DNA of 59,753 nt from an uncultured Desulfobacteraceae bacterium (GTDB taxonomy: Bacteria; Desulfobacterota; Desulfobacteria; Desulfobacterales; JAABSP01). The notes under the pieces were generated by a model. That model searched no databases. It worked only from the letters and a program-made list of their open reading frames with translations, and was not told the origin of the DNA. Shown piece after piece: positions 37,381 to 50,574 of the stretch. Positions within the stretch are counted from its first letter, which is position 1. Each line of letters starts with the position of its first letter. Where the stretch lies: assembly GCA_964652715.1 (NCBI GenBank), contig CAZZBE010000001.1:1-59753 (forward strand), in the 5' to 3' direction. The translations under genes and the position numbers were made by a program.

Positions 37381-38226
37381 TCATTCTTCCGGGAATCCCA
37401 GTTGCTTGAGTTTTTCGGCCAGCCGCGCCGCCTTCGCCGCTTCGGCGTCCGCCCGCGCCGCTTCTTCGTCCGCCCTGGTTTTTTCGGCATCGGCCCTTTG
37501 CCGGCTTTCCTGATAAAATGGAAGCACAAACCCGCGATAAACGGGGTCTTCGGCCATTTCCCGCAGGGAAGGGCGGCGGTAGAGATCGTCGATTCTGAAC
37601 TGAAATCCGGGCAGCACGTCCGAGCGGATCAGGTCGGGTTCCGGCTCGTTTTCCGGAATGATCGGCGCGTAACGGCCGTCGGGCGTTCGGCGATAGAAGG
37701 CGGTATGGGTCCCTTTGCGGTCGAGGATGTAATATTCCCGGACCCCGGCCTGTTCATATTCCATGAACTTCACGCGCGTGTCCCGTTCGATTTCGCTTCG
37801 CTCTGAATCGGACAGGACTTCGATGCACAGGTCGAAGATTCCGGCGAAGCTTCGGTCGTAAAGATCGAGATCCGCCGGGTTTTGGGCGGAGAGAACGCCC
37901 AAATCGGGCTTGCGGATGGCGACCTTGTCCGGCAGCGCGAGGCGGAATCCGAATTCAAGGCCCACCATCTTGCCGATGGGATGGACGGTCAGAAACTGTT
38001 CCAGCAGGGAAACGAACCATAAATAGACCAGGAAGCCGGGATAATCGGACACCGGTTTTTCCTCCAGCACGCCGTCGTTCCATTCGTAGCCGATGTCGGA
38101 ATATTCATAGTATGCGTCCCAGTAAAGGGCTTCGGACACCCGCTTTCCGGCCTCGGACGCGAGGCCGTAGACATGCGCTTCTTCTTGAGCCGTCGATGGG
38201 GGAGGGATTTTTTCAGCGATGCTCAT
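37381..38226 (-). CDS. Uma2-family (DUF820) PD-(D/E)xK-fold protein, copy B
   Basis: 281 aa. It shares long identical blocks with copy A: YEWNDGVLEEKPVSDY, PIGKMVGLEFGFRLALP, EYEQAGVREYYILDRKG, VLPGFQFRIDDLYRRPS and EMAEDPVYRGFVLPFYQE. Confidence 0.8.
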   Translation of the reverse strand: MSIAEKIPPPSTAQEEAHVYGLASEAGKRVSEALYWDAYYEYSDIGYEWNDGVLEEKPVSDYPGFLVYLWFVSLLEQFLTVHPIGKMVGLEFGFRLALPDKVAIRKPDLGVLSAQNPADLDLYDRSFAGIFDLCIEVLSDSERSEIERDTRVKFMEYEQAGVREYYILDRKGTHTAFYRRTPDGRYAPIIPENEPEPDLIRSDVLPGFQFRIDDLYRRPSLREMAEDPVYRGFVLPFYQESRQRADAEKTRADEEAARADAEAAKAARLAEKLKQLGFPEE

Positions 38227-38370
38227 GATGTTCTCCTGTCGTCTGGCAAAGGCGCTTTCTATCTTTATATAACTAAAGCGCGCTTTGCGTCAACCGCCCG
38301 GCGGCGAGGATTGGCGGCGGGAAGCGAGGGAAAGGATAAGGGCGGCGGATGCCCGGAATCGACGGGGAAA

Positions 38371-39438
38371 TCAGCTGGTCAAAATTCGAACAATGTCGTT
38401 ATAGAAAACGAAGATCATGAGCATCATCAGCACGAAAAGCCCGGCCTGCTGGGCCACCTCCCGGATCCGGGTGTTGACGGGCCGGCCGGAGACCAGTTCG
38501 ATGCAGAAGAACAGCAGGTGACCGCCGTCCAGAACCGGGATGGGCAGGATGTTGAGGATGGCCAGGTTGACGCTCAAAAGGGCGATGAGGAAGATCAGGT
38601 TGGAAATCCCCTCCTTGGCCTGCTCCCCGGCCATCTGGGCGATCATGATGGGGCCGCCCAGGGTGTCGGTGGAGAGCGTCCCCCGGATCAGTTTGACGAT
38701 GCTGACCACGGTCAGTTCGGCGACTTTGTAGGTTTGAACGACGCTTTGCCCCAGAGATTCGAAAAGGCCCATGTCTTCGGAATGGTATTGGCCGCCGGCG
38801 GTGATGCCGATGACCCGGCGCTGGACCTCCTCCCCGAAGATGTTCTTAGTGTCCGTCATTTGGGGGGCGATCTTCGCTTCGAACGTCTCGCCGTCCCGGC
38901 TGACGCGGATCCGGACCGGCCGGCCCCCGCTCTCCTTGATCCGCCCGGACATGGCCTCCCAGGACTGGACTTCCCGGCCGTTGACCGCCGTGATCCGGTC
39001 CCCTTTCTGAAGACCCGCCGTTTCCGCCGGCATCCCCTCCTGGACCGATCCGATCACCGGCTCCAGGACGTACCGGCCCGACACGATAAAGAGAAGAAAG
39101 AAGATCAGCACCGCCAGGACCATGTTGAAGACGGGCCCGGCGGCGACGATCGCAATCCGTTTCAGCACATGCTTGTGGGTGAAAGAGTAGGGGACGTCCC
39201 GGGGGTCGATCTCGGCGTCGGGCTCTTCCCCCACCATCTTGACGTAGCCGCCCAGGGGGATGGCCGACACGCGGTAGTCGGTCCGGCCGACGGTGCGGCC
39301 GAAGATGCGCGGGCCGAATCCCAGGGAGAACTTCTCCACCCCGACCCCGAAGAGTTTGGCCAGGAGAAAATGGCCCAGTTCGTGAAAAAAGATGAGGACG
39401 CCGAGGACGACCACGAATGCAACGATGCTGCCGCTCAT
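38371..39438 (-). CDS. rseP: RIP metalloprotease (site-2 protease) RseP
   Basis: 355 aa. HELGHF zinc motif, a central PDZ-like segment and the LNILPIPVLDGGHLLF motif. Confidence 0.9.
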   Translation of the reverse strand: MSGSIVAFVVVLGVLIFFHELGHFLLAKLFGVGVEKFSLGFGPRIFGRTVGRTDYRVSAIPLGGYVKMVGEEPDAEIDPRDVPYSFTHKHVLKRIAIVAAGPVFNMVLAVLIFFLLFIVSGRYVLEPVIGSVQEGMPAETAGLQKGDRITAVNGREVQSWEAMSGRIKESGGRPVRIRVSRDGETFEAKIAPQMTDTKNIFGEEVQRRVIGITAGGQYHSEDMGLFESLGQSVVQTYKVAELTVVSIVKLIRGTLSTDTLGGPIMIAQMAGEQAKEGISNLIFLIALLSVNLAILNILPIPVLDGGHLLFFCIELVSGRPVNTRIREVAQQAGLFVLMMLMIFVFYNDIVRILTS

Positions 39439-39456
39439 ATAGATTTCCTGCTGTTA

Positions 39457-40625
39457 TTAATCGCTTTGCGCCCCCCTGTCGATCCGGTCTTGGGTGAAGG
39501 ACCGGGACCAGGCGTCGGCGGAAAGGATGTCGGATAAATCCGGGTCGCTCATGCCGGGATGGGCCGCCATGGCCTGGGCGATGAGCGCCGGGATGTCGGT
39601 GAAACGGATCTTCTCCCGGAGAAACGCCGCCACCGCGACCTCGTTGGCGCCGTTGAGCACCGCCGGCATCGCGCCGCCGGTCCGGCAGGCCCGGAAGGCC
39701 AGTTCCAGGCAGGGGAACCGGTCCGTATCCGGCGGTTCGAAGGAGAGCCCCCCAAGCGCGAAAAAGTCGGGGGCGGGCAGCCCCACCGGCAGCCGTTCCG
39801 GCCAGGAGAAGGCGTAGGCGATGGCCCCCTTCATGTCGGGAACCCCCATCTGGGCGATGACCGATCCGTCCCGGTAAGCGACCATGGAATGGACGATGCT
39901 CTCGGGGTGGACCACCACCGTAACGGCGTCCGGGGACGCGCCGAACAGATGAACCGCCTCGATGACCTCCAGCCCCTTGTTCATCAGGGTGGCCGAGTCG
40001 ATGGTGATCTTGGCGCCCATGGCCCAGTTGGGATGCTGGAGGGCGTCCGACGGTTGGATCGCGTCGAAGCGCTCCCTCGCCGTTTTCCGAAACGGGCCGC
40101 CCGAAGCGGTGAGGAGGATCCGATCCATGTCCGCCCGGCGGCCGGCGGCCAGGCACTGGAAGATGGCGCTGTGTTCGCTGTCCACCGGCAGAATCCGGAC
40201 GCCCTTTTCTTCGGCCCGGGCCATGACGATGTCCCCGGCCATCACCAGGGTCTCCTTGTTGGCCAGGGCGATATCCTTGCCCGCGTCGATGGCGGCCAGG
40301 GTCGGCTTCAGTCCGGCGGCGCCGACCACGGCGGTCAGGACCATCGCCGCGCCGGGGTGGGCCGCCGCCTGGAGGTAGCCCGCTTCGCCGTACACCACAT
40401 CGACCCCGGCGCCGGCCGGGAGCCGGCTTTCCAGATCCCGCGCCGCCTCGGCATCGTAAACCGCCGCCAGTTCCGGCCGGAATTCGGCGATCTGTTCGGA
40501 CAGCAGCACGGTGTTGCGCCGGGCGGTGAGGACCGTCGCGGAAAACCGGTCGGGAAACCGGCGGATGATCTCAAGGGCGTTGCGGCCGATGGAGCCGGTG
40601 GACCCCAGTATGGCGAGCCGCCGGG

Positions 40626-40629
<4 letters not shown>
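39457..40629 (-). CDS. dxr: 1-deoxy-D-xylulose-5-phosphate reductoisomerase
   Basis: GTG 40629 (VTRRLAILGSTGSIGRNAL) overlaps the cdsA stop by 4 nt. The blocks LANKE, PVDSEHSAIFQ and HPNW are present. Confidence 0.88.
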
Positions 40630-41444
<815 letters not shown>

Positions 41445-41460
41445 GGGGGTTCCGTCTGTA

Positions 41461-42219
41461 TCAGGTTTCCGAGACCTTGCCGAACCGTCGCTCCCGCCGG
41501 CCATAGGCCATCAGGATGTCGAGATATTCCTCCCGGTTGAAATCGGGCCACAGGGTGTCGGTCACGAAGATTTCGCTGTAGGCGATCTGCCACAGCAGGA
41601 AGTTGCTGATGCGCATTTCGCCGCTGGTGCGGATCAGCAGGTCCGGGTCGGGCATCTCCCGGGTGTAGAGATGATCCGCCACCGTCGCTTCGGAGATCGA
41701 CTCCGGATCAAGTTCGCCCCCGGCGGCTTTCCGGGCGATCTCCCGGACCGCGGAGACGATTTCGGCGCGGCCGCCATAGCTGAGGGAGAGGGTGAGGCAG
41801 AGCCCCATGTTGTCGGCGGTCGCCCGGAGGGTTTCGTCCAGGGCGGCCCGGACGTCCTCCGGCAGGCGGCCGATGTCGCCGATGACGTTGAGGCGGATGT
41901 CGTTTTCCATCATTTCCGCCCGTTCGCGGGTCAGGAACCGTTTGAGAAGCGACATGAGGGCCATCACCTCGGTTCGGGGTCGGGCCCAGTTTTCGGTGGA
42001 GAAAGCGTAGAGGGTCAGAAACGGGATGCCGACTTCCCGGGAGGTCCGGACAATGGTCCGGACGGTCTCGGTGCCCCGCTCGTGGCCCTTGACCCGGTTG
42101 AGCATCCGTTTCCGGGCCCACCGGCCGTTGCCGTCCATGATGACGGCCACGTGGCAAGGGATCCGTTCCAATGCGATGTCGGAGGTCTTTTCCGGCGCGG
42201 CGGGGCCGTTAGAACTCAA
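41461..42219 (-). CDS. uppS: Isoprenyl transferase (undecaprenyl-diphosphate synthase)
   Basis: 252 aa with the [13 protein letters not shown] and [10 protein letters not shown] blocks. Confidence 0.9.
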   Translation of the reverse strand: MSSNGPAAPEKTSDIALERIPCHVAVIMDGNGRWARKRMLNRVKGHERGTETVRTIVRTSREVGIPFLTLYAFSTENWARPRTEVMALMSLLKRFLTRERAEMMENDIRLNVIGDIGRLPEDVRAALDETLRATADNMGLCLTLSLSYGGRAEIVSAVREIARKAAGGELDPESISEATVADHLYTREMPDPDLLIRTSGEMRISNFLLWQIAYSEIFVTDTLWPDFNREEYLDILMAYGRRERRFGKVSET

Positions 42220-42766
42220 GAATCTCCTTCTCTTTCTCTTTGTAGAGGTCGTCGATTTTATTGACGTAGTCGTCGGTGATCTTCTGGATCTCCTCCTGGG
42301 CCTTGAAGGCGTCGTCTTCGGAGATCTCCCCTTCTTTCTTCATCTCCTTGAAGAAATCGTTGGCGTCCCGCCGGATGTTCCGGATGGCGACCTTGTATTC
42401 TTCGCAGGTCTTGTTGACGACCTTGACCAGTTCCTTGCGCCGTTCTTCGGTCAGCGGCGGCACGGTGATGCGGATGATTTTGCCGTCCGAGGAGGGGGTG
42501 AGGCCCAGATCCGATTTGAGGATGGCCTTTTCGATCTCCTTGATGGCCGAGACGTCCCAGGGCTGGATGGTGATGAGCCGGCTTTCTGGCACCGACATGG
42601 AGGCCATCTGGTTGAGCGGGGTGGGGGTCCCGTAGTAATCGGCCCGGACCCCGTCCAGGAGCGACAGGGAGGCGCGTCCGGTCCGGATCCGCTTCAATTC
42701 GTTCTTCAGGGCGGCGATGGACTTGTCCATCCGCTCTTTGGTTTCTTTATAGGTCGATTCGATCAT
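42209..42766 (-). CDS. frr: Ribosome recycling factor
   Basis: 185 aa. Typical RRF sequence ([17 protein letters not shown]...EERRKELVK) and pyrH-frr-uppS synteny. Confidence 0.92.
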   Translation of the reverse strand: MIESTYKETKERMDKSIAALKNELKRIRTGRASLSLLDGVRADYYGTPTPLNQMASMSVPESRLITIQPWDVSAIKEIEKAILKSDLGLTPSSDGKIIRITVPPLTEERRKELVKVVNKTCEEYKVAIRNIRRDANDFFKEMKKEGEISEDDAFKAQEEIQKITDDYVNKIDDLYKEKEKEILEF

Positions 42767-42807
42767 GGTCTGTCCCTTATGTTGTAAGGTGTCGCGGCCT
42801 GCCGGGA

Positions 42808-43530
42808 TTAGACGTCGGCGTCGATCCGGGAACCGATTTCCTCGCCGCGGATCACCTTGCGGATGTTGCCCGCCTCGCTCAGATTGAAGATCACCAGGGG
42901 AAGCCGGTTGTCCATGGCCAGGGAGATGGCGGTCATGTCCATGACCTTGAGCCGCTTTTCCAGGGCTTCCATGTAGGTGATGCGGCGGACGAACCGGGCG
43001 TCCCGGTGGGTGACGGGGTCGGCGTCGTAGAGTCCGTCCACCTTGGTGGCCTTGAGCAGGATCTCCGCGTGGATCTCCTGGGCCCGCAGCACCGCCGCGG
43101 TGTCGGTGGTGAAGTAGGGGTTGCCGGTGCCGGCGGCGAAGATCACCACCCGGCCCTTCTCCAGATGACGGACCGCCCGGCGGCGGATATAGGGTTCCGC
43201 CACTTCGTGCATGGAGATGGCCGTCTGGACCCGGGTCTGGAGGCCGTGTTTTTCCAGGGCGTCCTGGAGGGCGATGCTGTTGATCACCGTGGCCAGCATG
43301 CCCATGTGGTCGGCGGAGGTCCGCTCCATGCCGTAGGAGGAGGCGGCGATCCCCCGGAAGATATTGCCGCCCCCCACCACGATGGCCACTTCGGCGCCGA
43401 GTTCCGTGACCGAGCGGAGTTCCCCGGCCACGTAAGTCAGCATATCAGGACTGATGCCGTAAGCGCCGCCGCCCATGAGGGCTTCGCCGCTCAGCTTCAA
43501 CAGGACCCGCCGGTGCCGGAGGGCGGCCAA
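42808..43530 (-). CDS. pyrH: UMP kinase
   Basis: 240 aa with the [10 protein letters not shown] and [10 protein letters not shown] blocks. Confidence 0.92.
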   Translation of the reverse strand: MAALRHRRVLLKLSGEALMGGGAYGISPDMLTYVAGELRSVTELGAEVAIVVGGGNIFRGIAASSYGMERTSADHMGMLATVINSIALQDALEKHGLQTRVQTAISMHEVAEPYIRRRAVRHLEKGRVVIFAAGTGNPYFTTDTAAVLRAQEIHAEILLKATKVDGLYDADPVTHRDARFVRRITYMEALEKRLKVMDMTAISLAMDNRLPLVIFNLSEAGNIRKVIRGEEIGSRIDADV

Positions 43531-43533
43531 GGG

Positions 43534-44130
43534 TTATTCTCCCACCTGGAAGCGGGCGAACCGCCGGATGGTGATGTTTTCGCCGGTCTTGGCGATCACG
43601 TCGTTGAGGTAGTCCGCCACCGTGAGGTTGGGGTCCTTGACGTAGGGCTGGTTCATGAGGCAGCTCTCCTTGAAGAATTTGTTGAGCTTGCCTTCGGCGA
43701 TCTTGTCCACCATCTTTTCGGGTTTCCCCAGATCCAGGGCCTGGGCCCGGTAGATCTCTTTTTCTTTTTCGATGATCTCCGGGGGGACGTCCTCGGGGAC
43801 GATGCCCACCGGGCTGACGGCGGCCACGTGCATGGCGATGTTCCGGGCGAATTCCTTGAAATCGTCGGTCTTTGCCACGAAATCGGTCTCGCAGTTCACC
43901 TCGACCATCACGCCGATCTTTCCGCCCATGTGGATGTAGGACTCGACGACGCCTTCGCTCATGGCCCGGCCGGCCCGCTTCTGGGCGGTGGCCAGTCCCT
44001 TTTTCCGAAGGAACTCCACGGCTTTATCCAGATCGCCTTTGCTCTCGGCAAGGGCGGCCTTGCAATCCATGATCCCCGCCCCGGTTTTTTCCCGGAGCTG
44101 TTTTACCATTGATGCGCTGATCTCTCCCAT
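43534..44130 (-). CDS. tsf: Elongation factor Ts (short form)
   Basis: 198 aa. The N-terminal UBA-like block is VKQLREKTGAGIMDCKAAL. It follows rpsB. Confidence 0.92.
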   Translation of the reverse strand: MGEISASMVKQLREKTGAGIMDCKAALAESKGDLDKAVEFLRKKGLATAQKRAGRAMSEGVVESYIHMGGKIGVMVEVNCETDFVAKTDDFKEFARNIAMHVAAVSPVGIVPEDVPPEIIEKEKEIYRAQALDLGKPEKMVDKIAEGKLNKFFKESCLMNQPYVKDPNLTVADYLNDVIAKTGENITIRRFARFQVGE

Positions 44131-44134
44131 GCTG

Positions 44135-45034
44135 CTATTTTGCCTCCTGTGCCGCTTCCGCTTCGGTTGTTTCTTCCGTTTCGGCCGCTTTTTCGGCCGC
44201 GCTCCGCTTGATGATCTCCACCACCGGGCCTTCGGCGCCGTCCGAAATCACCTTCCGCTCGCCGGGCTTCATGTCGGCGCTGGCGCTGGAGAAATCCGGC
44301 TCTTCGGCCGCTTCCTCGCCCTTGTCCGCCTCGGCCTGACGGGCTTCTTCCAGCCGCTCTTTGCCGTCCTGGCAGGCGTCGGCCATTTTGGAGGTGATGA
44401 GCCGGATGGCCCGGATGGCGTCGTCGTTTCCCGGAATCACATAGTCGATGTCGTCCGGATCGCAGTTGGTGTCGACGATGGCGACGATGGGGATGCCCAG
44501 GCGTTGGCCCTCGCGCACGGCGATGGCCTCGTTCTTGGGATCGACGATGTAGATGGCCCCCGGAAGCTTGGTCATGGTCCGGATGCCGCCGAGGGTGGCG
44601 TCCAGCTTGAGCCGTTCCTTTTCCAGCTTGAGCCGCTCTTTTTTGGTGTAGAGATCGACGGATTCGTCGTTTTTGATGTCGTTTAAATGGTTGAGCCGGT
44701 CGATGGACTGCTTGACCGTCTGGAAATTGGTCAGCATGCCGCCCAGCCACCGGTTGTGGACGTAATACATCTCCGCCCGGTTGGCTTCTTCGTAGATGGC
44801 GTCCCGGGCCTGCTTCTTGGTGCCCACGAACAGAACCGACTTGCCGTTGGCCGCGGTGTCGGCGATGAAATCATAGGCATCCCTGAACATCCGGACCGTT
44901 TTCTGGAGGTCGATGATGTAGATGCCGTTGCGGGCCCCGAAGATGTAGGGTTTCATCTTGGGGTTCCACCGTTTGGTCTGATGACCGAAATGAACGCCTG
45001 CCTCCAAAAGTTCCTTCATTGTCACATACGCCAT
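44135..45034 (-). CDS. rpsB: 30S ribosomal protein S2 (with acidic C-terminal extension)
   Basis: 299 aa starting [27 protein letters not shown]. Confidence 0.93.
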   Translation of the reverse strand: MAYVTMKELLEAGVHFGHQTKRWNPKMKPYIFGARNGIYIIDLQKTVRMFRDAYDFIADTAANGKSVLFVGTKKQARDAIYEEANRAEMYYVHNRWLGGMLTNFQTVKQSIDRLNHLNDIKNDESVDLYTKKERLKLEKERLKLDATLGGIRTMTKLPGAIYIVDPKNEAIAVREGQRLGIPIVAIVDTNCDPDDIDYVIPGNDDAIRAIRLITSKMADACQDGKERLEEARQAEADKGEEAAEEPDFSSASADMKPGERKVISDGAEGPVVEIIKRSAAEKAAETEETTEAEAAQEAK

Positions 45035-45181
45035 GAAACTGTCCTTTCTCTGTTGGTTTTTCCACCGTCCCCTTCCACCCGGCCGCCAACTTTACGCTGT
45101 AAAGCACCCGGAAACCGGTCCGGAGACGTGCGACATTCAAAATCTACTTCTAATAGCAGACGATAAACAGGCGTGCAAGGA

Positions 45182-46072
45182 TTATTTGGCCCGTTTCCGG
45201 GCCAGGGCCACGCGGTCGCGTCCGGCGTCGTCCTTTTTTATGACGGGCGGGTCGTAGGCCCCGGTTTCTCCGATGATCGCGTTTACCGCCGGGCCCTGGG
45301 AGCATCCGATCTCCAGCAGCAGATGGCCGCCGGCCCGCAGGCGCTCCGGCGCTCCCCGGATAAGACGGCGGAGCGAGGACAGGCCGTCTTGTCCCCCGTC
45401 CAGGGCCAGGCGGGGCTCGTACGCCCGGACTTCCACCTGGAGTCCGTCGATGTCCTGTGTGGGAATATAGGGCGGATTGGAGAGGATCAGATCGAAGGGG
45501 GCCGACGCCGGCCGGAGGGGATGGAACCAGTCGCCGCAAAAGAAATCGACCCCCGAGGGGCCGGCGTTTTGTTGCGCCTGTCGCACGGCGTCGGGGCTCC
45601 GGTCCGACGCGACGTACCAATGACCGGGCCGTTCGGCCGCCAGGGCGAGGATGATGGCCCCGGCGCCCGTTCCCAGGTCCAGGACCCGTCGGGGCGACGC
45701 GGCGGCGTCGGCCGGCAGCAGGGCCAGGGCGGTTTCCACCAGGGTTTCGGTCTCCGGCCGGGGAATCAGCACCGATTCGCGGACCGACAGATCCAGGGTC
45801 CAGAAGCCTTGTTTCCCGGTGATGTAGGCCACCGGCTCCCCCCGCGCCCGCCGTTTGACGACCGCCTTGAACCGGGCCAGTTCCGCTTCGATGAGGGGCT
45901 GGTCGAACCGGACGTAGAGGTCGATGCGATCGCATCCCAGGGTTTCGGCCAGCAGGATCTCGGCGCCGGTTCTGGGGCTTTCGACCCGGTGGGTCCTAAA
46001 ATAGTCGGCGGTCCACTGAAGGAGGCTAAGGATGGTCCACGGCGGCGGGTTGGCCTTCGAAGGTGTCTGCAT
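45182..46072 (-). CDS. prmC: Release-factor glutamine N5-methyltransferase
   Basis: Start trimmed to ATG 46072, overlapping the prfA 3' end by 47 nt. SAM-binding site [11 protein letters not shown] and NPPY motif ([10 protein letters not shown]). Confidence 0.85.
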   Translation of the reverse strand: MQTPSKANPPPWTILSLLQWTADYFRTHRVESPRTGAEILLAETLGCDRIDLYVRFDQPLIEAELARFKAVVKRRARGEPVAYITGKQGFWTLDLSVRESVLIPRPETETLVETALALLPADAAASPRRVLDLGTGAGAIILALAAERPGHWYVASDRSPDAVRQAQQNAGPSGVDFFCGDWFHPLRPASAPFDLILSNPPYIPTQDIDGLQVEVRAYEPRLALDGGQDGLSSLRRLIRGAPERLRAGGHLLLEIGCSQGPAVNAIIGETGAYDPPVIKKDDAGRDRVALARKRAK

Positions 46073-47129
46073 TGTGTTGAAGCGCCTGGGCCTGGTGAAA
46101 GGTGACCAGCTCGTCGATGACGGGATCAAGATCCCCCTGGAGGATGCTGTCGAGCTTGTAAAGGGTCAGTCCGATGCGGTGGTCCGTCACCCGGCCCTGG
46201 GGGAAGTTGTAGGTTCGGATCCGGCCGCTCCGGTCCCCGGTGCCGATCTGGCTTTTCCGTTCCTCGGAGCGCTGGTCGTTCTGCTCCTGGATCATCCCAT
46301 TCAGGAGCCGGGCCCGGAGCACCTTCATGGCCTTGGCCTTGTTCTTCCACTGGGACTTTTCATCCTGACAGGTGACCACCATCCCGGTGGGCAGGTGGGT
46401 GATCCGGACGGCGGAGTCGGTGGTGTTGACCGACTGGCCCCCCGGCCCGGTGGAACGGTAGACGTCGATCTTCAGTTCATTGGGATCGATGTTGAGTTCC
46501 ACTTCCTCGGCTTCCGGCAGCACCGCCACGGTCACCGCCGAGGTGTGGATCCGGCCCTGGGTCTCCGTGGCGGGGACCCGCTGGACCCGGTGGGTGCCGC
46601 TTTCGAACTTGAGGCGGCTGTAGGCGCCCCGGCCCTGGATCATGGCGATGACCTCCTTGAAGCCGCCGGCGCCGGTTTCGTGGTGATCCATCAGCTCCAC
46701 CTTCCACCGCTTGTTCTCGGCGTACCGGGCGTACATGCGGAAGAGGTCGCCGGCGAACAGTCCCGCCTCGTCGCCGCCGGCGCCGGCCCGGACTTCCAGC
46801 AGGACGTTTTTGGCGTCGTTGGGGTTCTTGGGCATGAGCAGCTGCTTCAGCCGCGCTTCCAGGACCTCCTTTTTTTCGGTGAGCCGATCCGCCTCGTCCC
46901 GGGCCAGTTCCTTGATGTCCGGGTCGGCGTCCCGGAGCAGCTCGACGCTCTCGTCGATTTCGCGGTCGGTCTGCCGGTATTCCCGAAACGCATCCACGAT
47001 CTCGCCGAGTTCGGAGTGTTCCCGGGCGTACTTCTGATAGGCGTCCTGGTCTTTGAGCACGTCCGGGTCGCTCAGGAGCCGCTCCAGCTCCCCGTAGCGT
47101 TTTTCAACGCCGTTGAGTTTATCGAACAT
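46026..47129 (-). CDS. prfA: Peptide chain release factor 1
   Basis: 367 aa. GGQ motif ([10 protein letters not shown]) and the RF1-type PAT tripeptide ([14 protein letters not shown]). Confidence 0.93.
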   Translation of the reverse strand: MFDKLNGVEKRYGELERLLSDPDVLKDQDAYQKYAREHSELGEIVDAFREYRQTDREIDESVELLRDADPDIKELARDEADRLTEKKEVLEARLKQLLMPKNPNDAKNVLLEVRAGAGGDEAGLFAGDLFRMYARYAENKRWKVELMDHHETGAGGFKEVIAMIQGRGAYSRLKFESGTHRVQRVPATETQGRIHTSAVTVAVLPEAEEVELNIDPNELKIDVYRSTGPGGQSVNTTDSAVRITHLPTGMVVTCQDEKSQWKNKAKAMKVLRARLLNGMIQEQNDQRSEERKSQIGTGDRSGRIRTYNFPQGRVTDHRIGLTLYKLDSILQGDLDPVIDELVTFHQAQALQHNADTFEGQPAAVDHP

Positions 47130-47144
47130 GGGCGGTTCCGGCCA

Positions 47145-47366
47145 TTACGTGTTGTCCTGCTGCTTCTGGAACTTGGCGTATTTCTTCCGGAAGCGCTCAA
47201 TGCGGCCGGCCGTGTCCACCAGCTTCTGTTTGCCGGTGAAAAAGGGATGGCACTGGGAGCAGATCTCCACGCGGATGTCGTCCCGGGTGGAGCCCACCTC
47301 AATGGCGTTGCCGCAGGCGCAGGTGATGGTCGTATCCCCGTATTCGGGATGGATGCCTTCTTTCAT
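47145..47366 (-). CDS. rpmE: 50S ribosomal protein L31
   Basis: Start taken at MKEGIHPEY, with AGGAGG 12 nt upstream. The TTG at 47378 abuts the SD and is too close. Zinc motif C-x-C...[10 protein letters not shown]. Confidence 0.88.
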   Translation of the reverse strand: MKEGIHPEYGDTTITCACGNAIEVGSTRDDIRVEICSQCHPFFTGKQKLVDTAGRIERFRKKYAKFQKQQDNT

Positions 47367-47404
47367 TCGTATTTTCAACCTCCTGTGATGATAGCGTTGC
47401 CGCG

Positions 47405-48652
<1,248 letters not shown>

Positions 48653-48730
48653 TATGGGAACCTTCTTCTTTGGGGTTGACATCAAAACGATCCTTTTCGG
48701 TCCCACCACCGAAAAGGTCGCGTGGTCCAT

Positions 48731-49013
48731 CCGGTCTTGAAGTGTTTCTCACCAGAAGGGCGTCCGATAAAAAAGCGCTCCGATCGATCTCTAAATCCGG
48801 TTTTGGCGGTTTGCGTATGGTCTGTTTGTTTTAATGGCGAATCGGAATAGGTGGTTTATGGAATGATGGGTCCTTATTGGCGTTTGGAGATGTTTGGCTG
48901 TTTTTCTGATTCTGTTTCAGAAGAATGAAAAAACTTAGGTATTTTTTCAAAGGGGGGCCAAGAGCCTTGATCTTGTAAAAATCAAGGTAATACGATATCC
49001 AAGGGGCTGTCAA
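48731..49013 (-). promoter_or_regulatory. rho promoter candidate plus long C-rich/G-poor leader (rut-like autoregulatory attenuator candidate)
   Basis: On the minus strand: TTGACA (49013-49008), 15 nt, TATTAC (48992-48987). The leader is strongly C>G in the mRNA sense. My hand count for 48841-48900 gives 22 C against 5 G. Confidence 0.4.
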
Positions 49014-49070
49014 GTCCCAAAAGAGAATTTTTGTGGAAAATTGTACGAAAACCGGGTGGAAAACCGATAA

Positions 49071-50477
49071 ATGATAACGACCGACCCTGACCTTCGCCTC
49101 AACCTGTTGCCGGCGCCCTGCCGCGACCTCCTGCGCCAGTCGCCGGGGGCTTACCTGGTGGGCGGGTGCGTTCGGGACGCCCTCATCGGCAAATCCCCGG
49201 CCGATTACGACCTGGCGGTGAAAACGGACCCGGCCGGGTTCGCGGCGCGTCTGGCCCGGCGGGCCGGCGGCCGGGTGGTGGCCATGGGAAAGCCGGGGGC
49301 GCGGATCTACCGGGTTCCCTTCGGGGAGATCGTCTTCGATGTCTCGCCGTTAGATGGGCCGGACATCGAGGCGGATCTGCTGCGGCGGGATTTCACCATC
49401 AACGCCATGGCCCTGGAACCGGCCGCGGACCGGATCATCGATCCCACCGGCGGGCGGGCTGACCTGGGCCGGCGGATTCGAATGGTCTCCGGGGCCGCCT
49501 TCCGGCGGGACCCCCTCCGGATGCTCCGGGCTTTCCGCCTGGCCGCGGGCCTCGGGCTGTCCATCGAAGCGGGGACCTTGTCGGCCATCGCGGCCCACCG
49601 GGATCGGATCCGGACCATCGCCGGAGAACGGATCCGGGAGGAGCTGCTCAAGTTTTTCCGCTCCGGGGCATCCGCTCCCCATTTGGATCGGATGGCCGAC
49701 AGCGGACTCCTGGAAGCGATCCTGCCCGAGCTGACCCCCCTGCGCCGCTGTCGGCCCAATCGGCATCACCGGTTCGATGCCTTCACCCACACTTTGGCCG
49801 CCTACGGCCATCTGGAGCGCGTGTTGACTGCGCTGGCGGAAAATTTTCAGGGCATAAACCTCTCCATTCCGCCCAAGGAGGCGGCCCTGCTCAAGTGGAC
49901 GATGCTGCTCCACGACATCGGAAAGCCGGCCGCCGAGAAGGAGGATGCGTCCGGGGTGATCCGGTATAACGACCATTCGGTTCTCGGCGCCGACCTGGCG
50001 GCCGCCGTCTGTTGGCGGTTGCGGTGTTCACGGGAGGAGGAGCGGTTTGTAACGGAGGTGATCCGGCTTCACCTGCGCCCCCTTCAGCTTTTCACCCTCC
50101 ACGAAGGGGGACGGTTGAGCCGGCGGGCCGTCACCCGGTTTTTCATCCGGAGCGGCGACCGGACGCCCCATGTTTTGATCCACGGGCTGGGGGATTATCT
50201 GGGCAAAGGACGGTCCGACGCCGCGGAAACCCGCCGTTTCCGGGCGTTCGCCCGCATGATGATGGACCGGTTTTACGGGGATTTCAAAAAGGAATCCGGC
50301 CGGCCGCCCCTGATTACCGGCAGGGACCTGATCCGGGAACTGAAGCTGACCCCGTCGCCGGTGTTCAGCCGGATCCTTCAGGGCGTGGAAACGGCCCGCC
50401 TGGAAGGGACCGTCCGGACCCGGGAGGAGGCCCTCCGGATGGCGGCCGATTTACTGGCGGCGGCCGACGATGCTTGA
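49071..50477 (+). CDS. cca: CCA-adding tRNA nucleotidyltransferase / poly(A) polymerase family with HD domain
   Basis: 468 aa. GGCVRDALIG...DYDLAV nucleotidyltransferase motif, RRDFTINAM, and HD-domain LLHDIGKP. Confidence 0.85.
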   Translation: MITTDPDLRLNLLPAPCRDLLRQSPGAYLVGGCVRDALIGKSPADYDLAVKTDPAGFAARLARRAGGRVVAMGKPGARIYRVPFGEIVFDVSPLDGPDIEADLLRRDFTINAMALEPAADRIIDPTGGRADLGRRIRMVSGAAFRRDPLRMLRAFRLAAGLGLSIEAGTLSAIAAHRDRIRTIAGERIREELLKFFRSGASAPHLDRMADSGLLEAILPELTPLRRCRPNRHHRFDAFTHTLAAYGHLERVLTALAENFQGINLSIPPKEAALLKWTMLLHDIGKPAAEKEDASGVIRYNDHSVLGADLAAAVCWRLRCSREEERFVTEVIRLHLRPLQLFTLHEGGRLSRRAVTRFFIRSGDRTPHVLIHGLGDYLGKGRSDAAETRRFRAFARMMMDRFYGDFKKESGRPPLITGRDLIRELKLTPSPVFSRILQGVETARLEGTVRTREEALRMAADLLAAADDA

Positions 50478-50500
50478 CAACCCATGTCCATTTTTATAGT
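50474..50500 (+). promoter_or_regulatory. Candidate promoter of adk
   Basis: TTGACA (50474-50479, overlapping the cca stop), a short 15-nt spacer, then TATAGT (50495-50500). Confidence 0.35.
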
Positions 50501-50574
50501 AAGGTCCGAGCGATTTGCATAAGTCCAGGAAAAGGGTCTGCGAAAAGACCCCCATTCAATCTACAGGAGGAGAC

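Noticed and set aside
48831-49013. 60-aa ORF in the rho upstream region.
   Set aside because: It lies within the C-rich rho leader/promoter and has no RBS. It is more economically explained as leader RNA.
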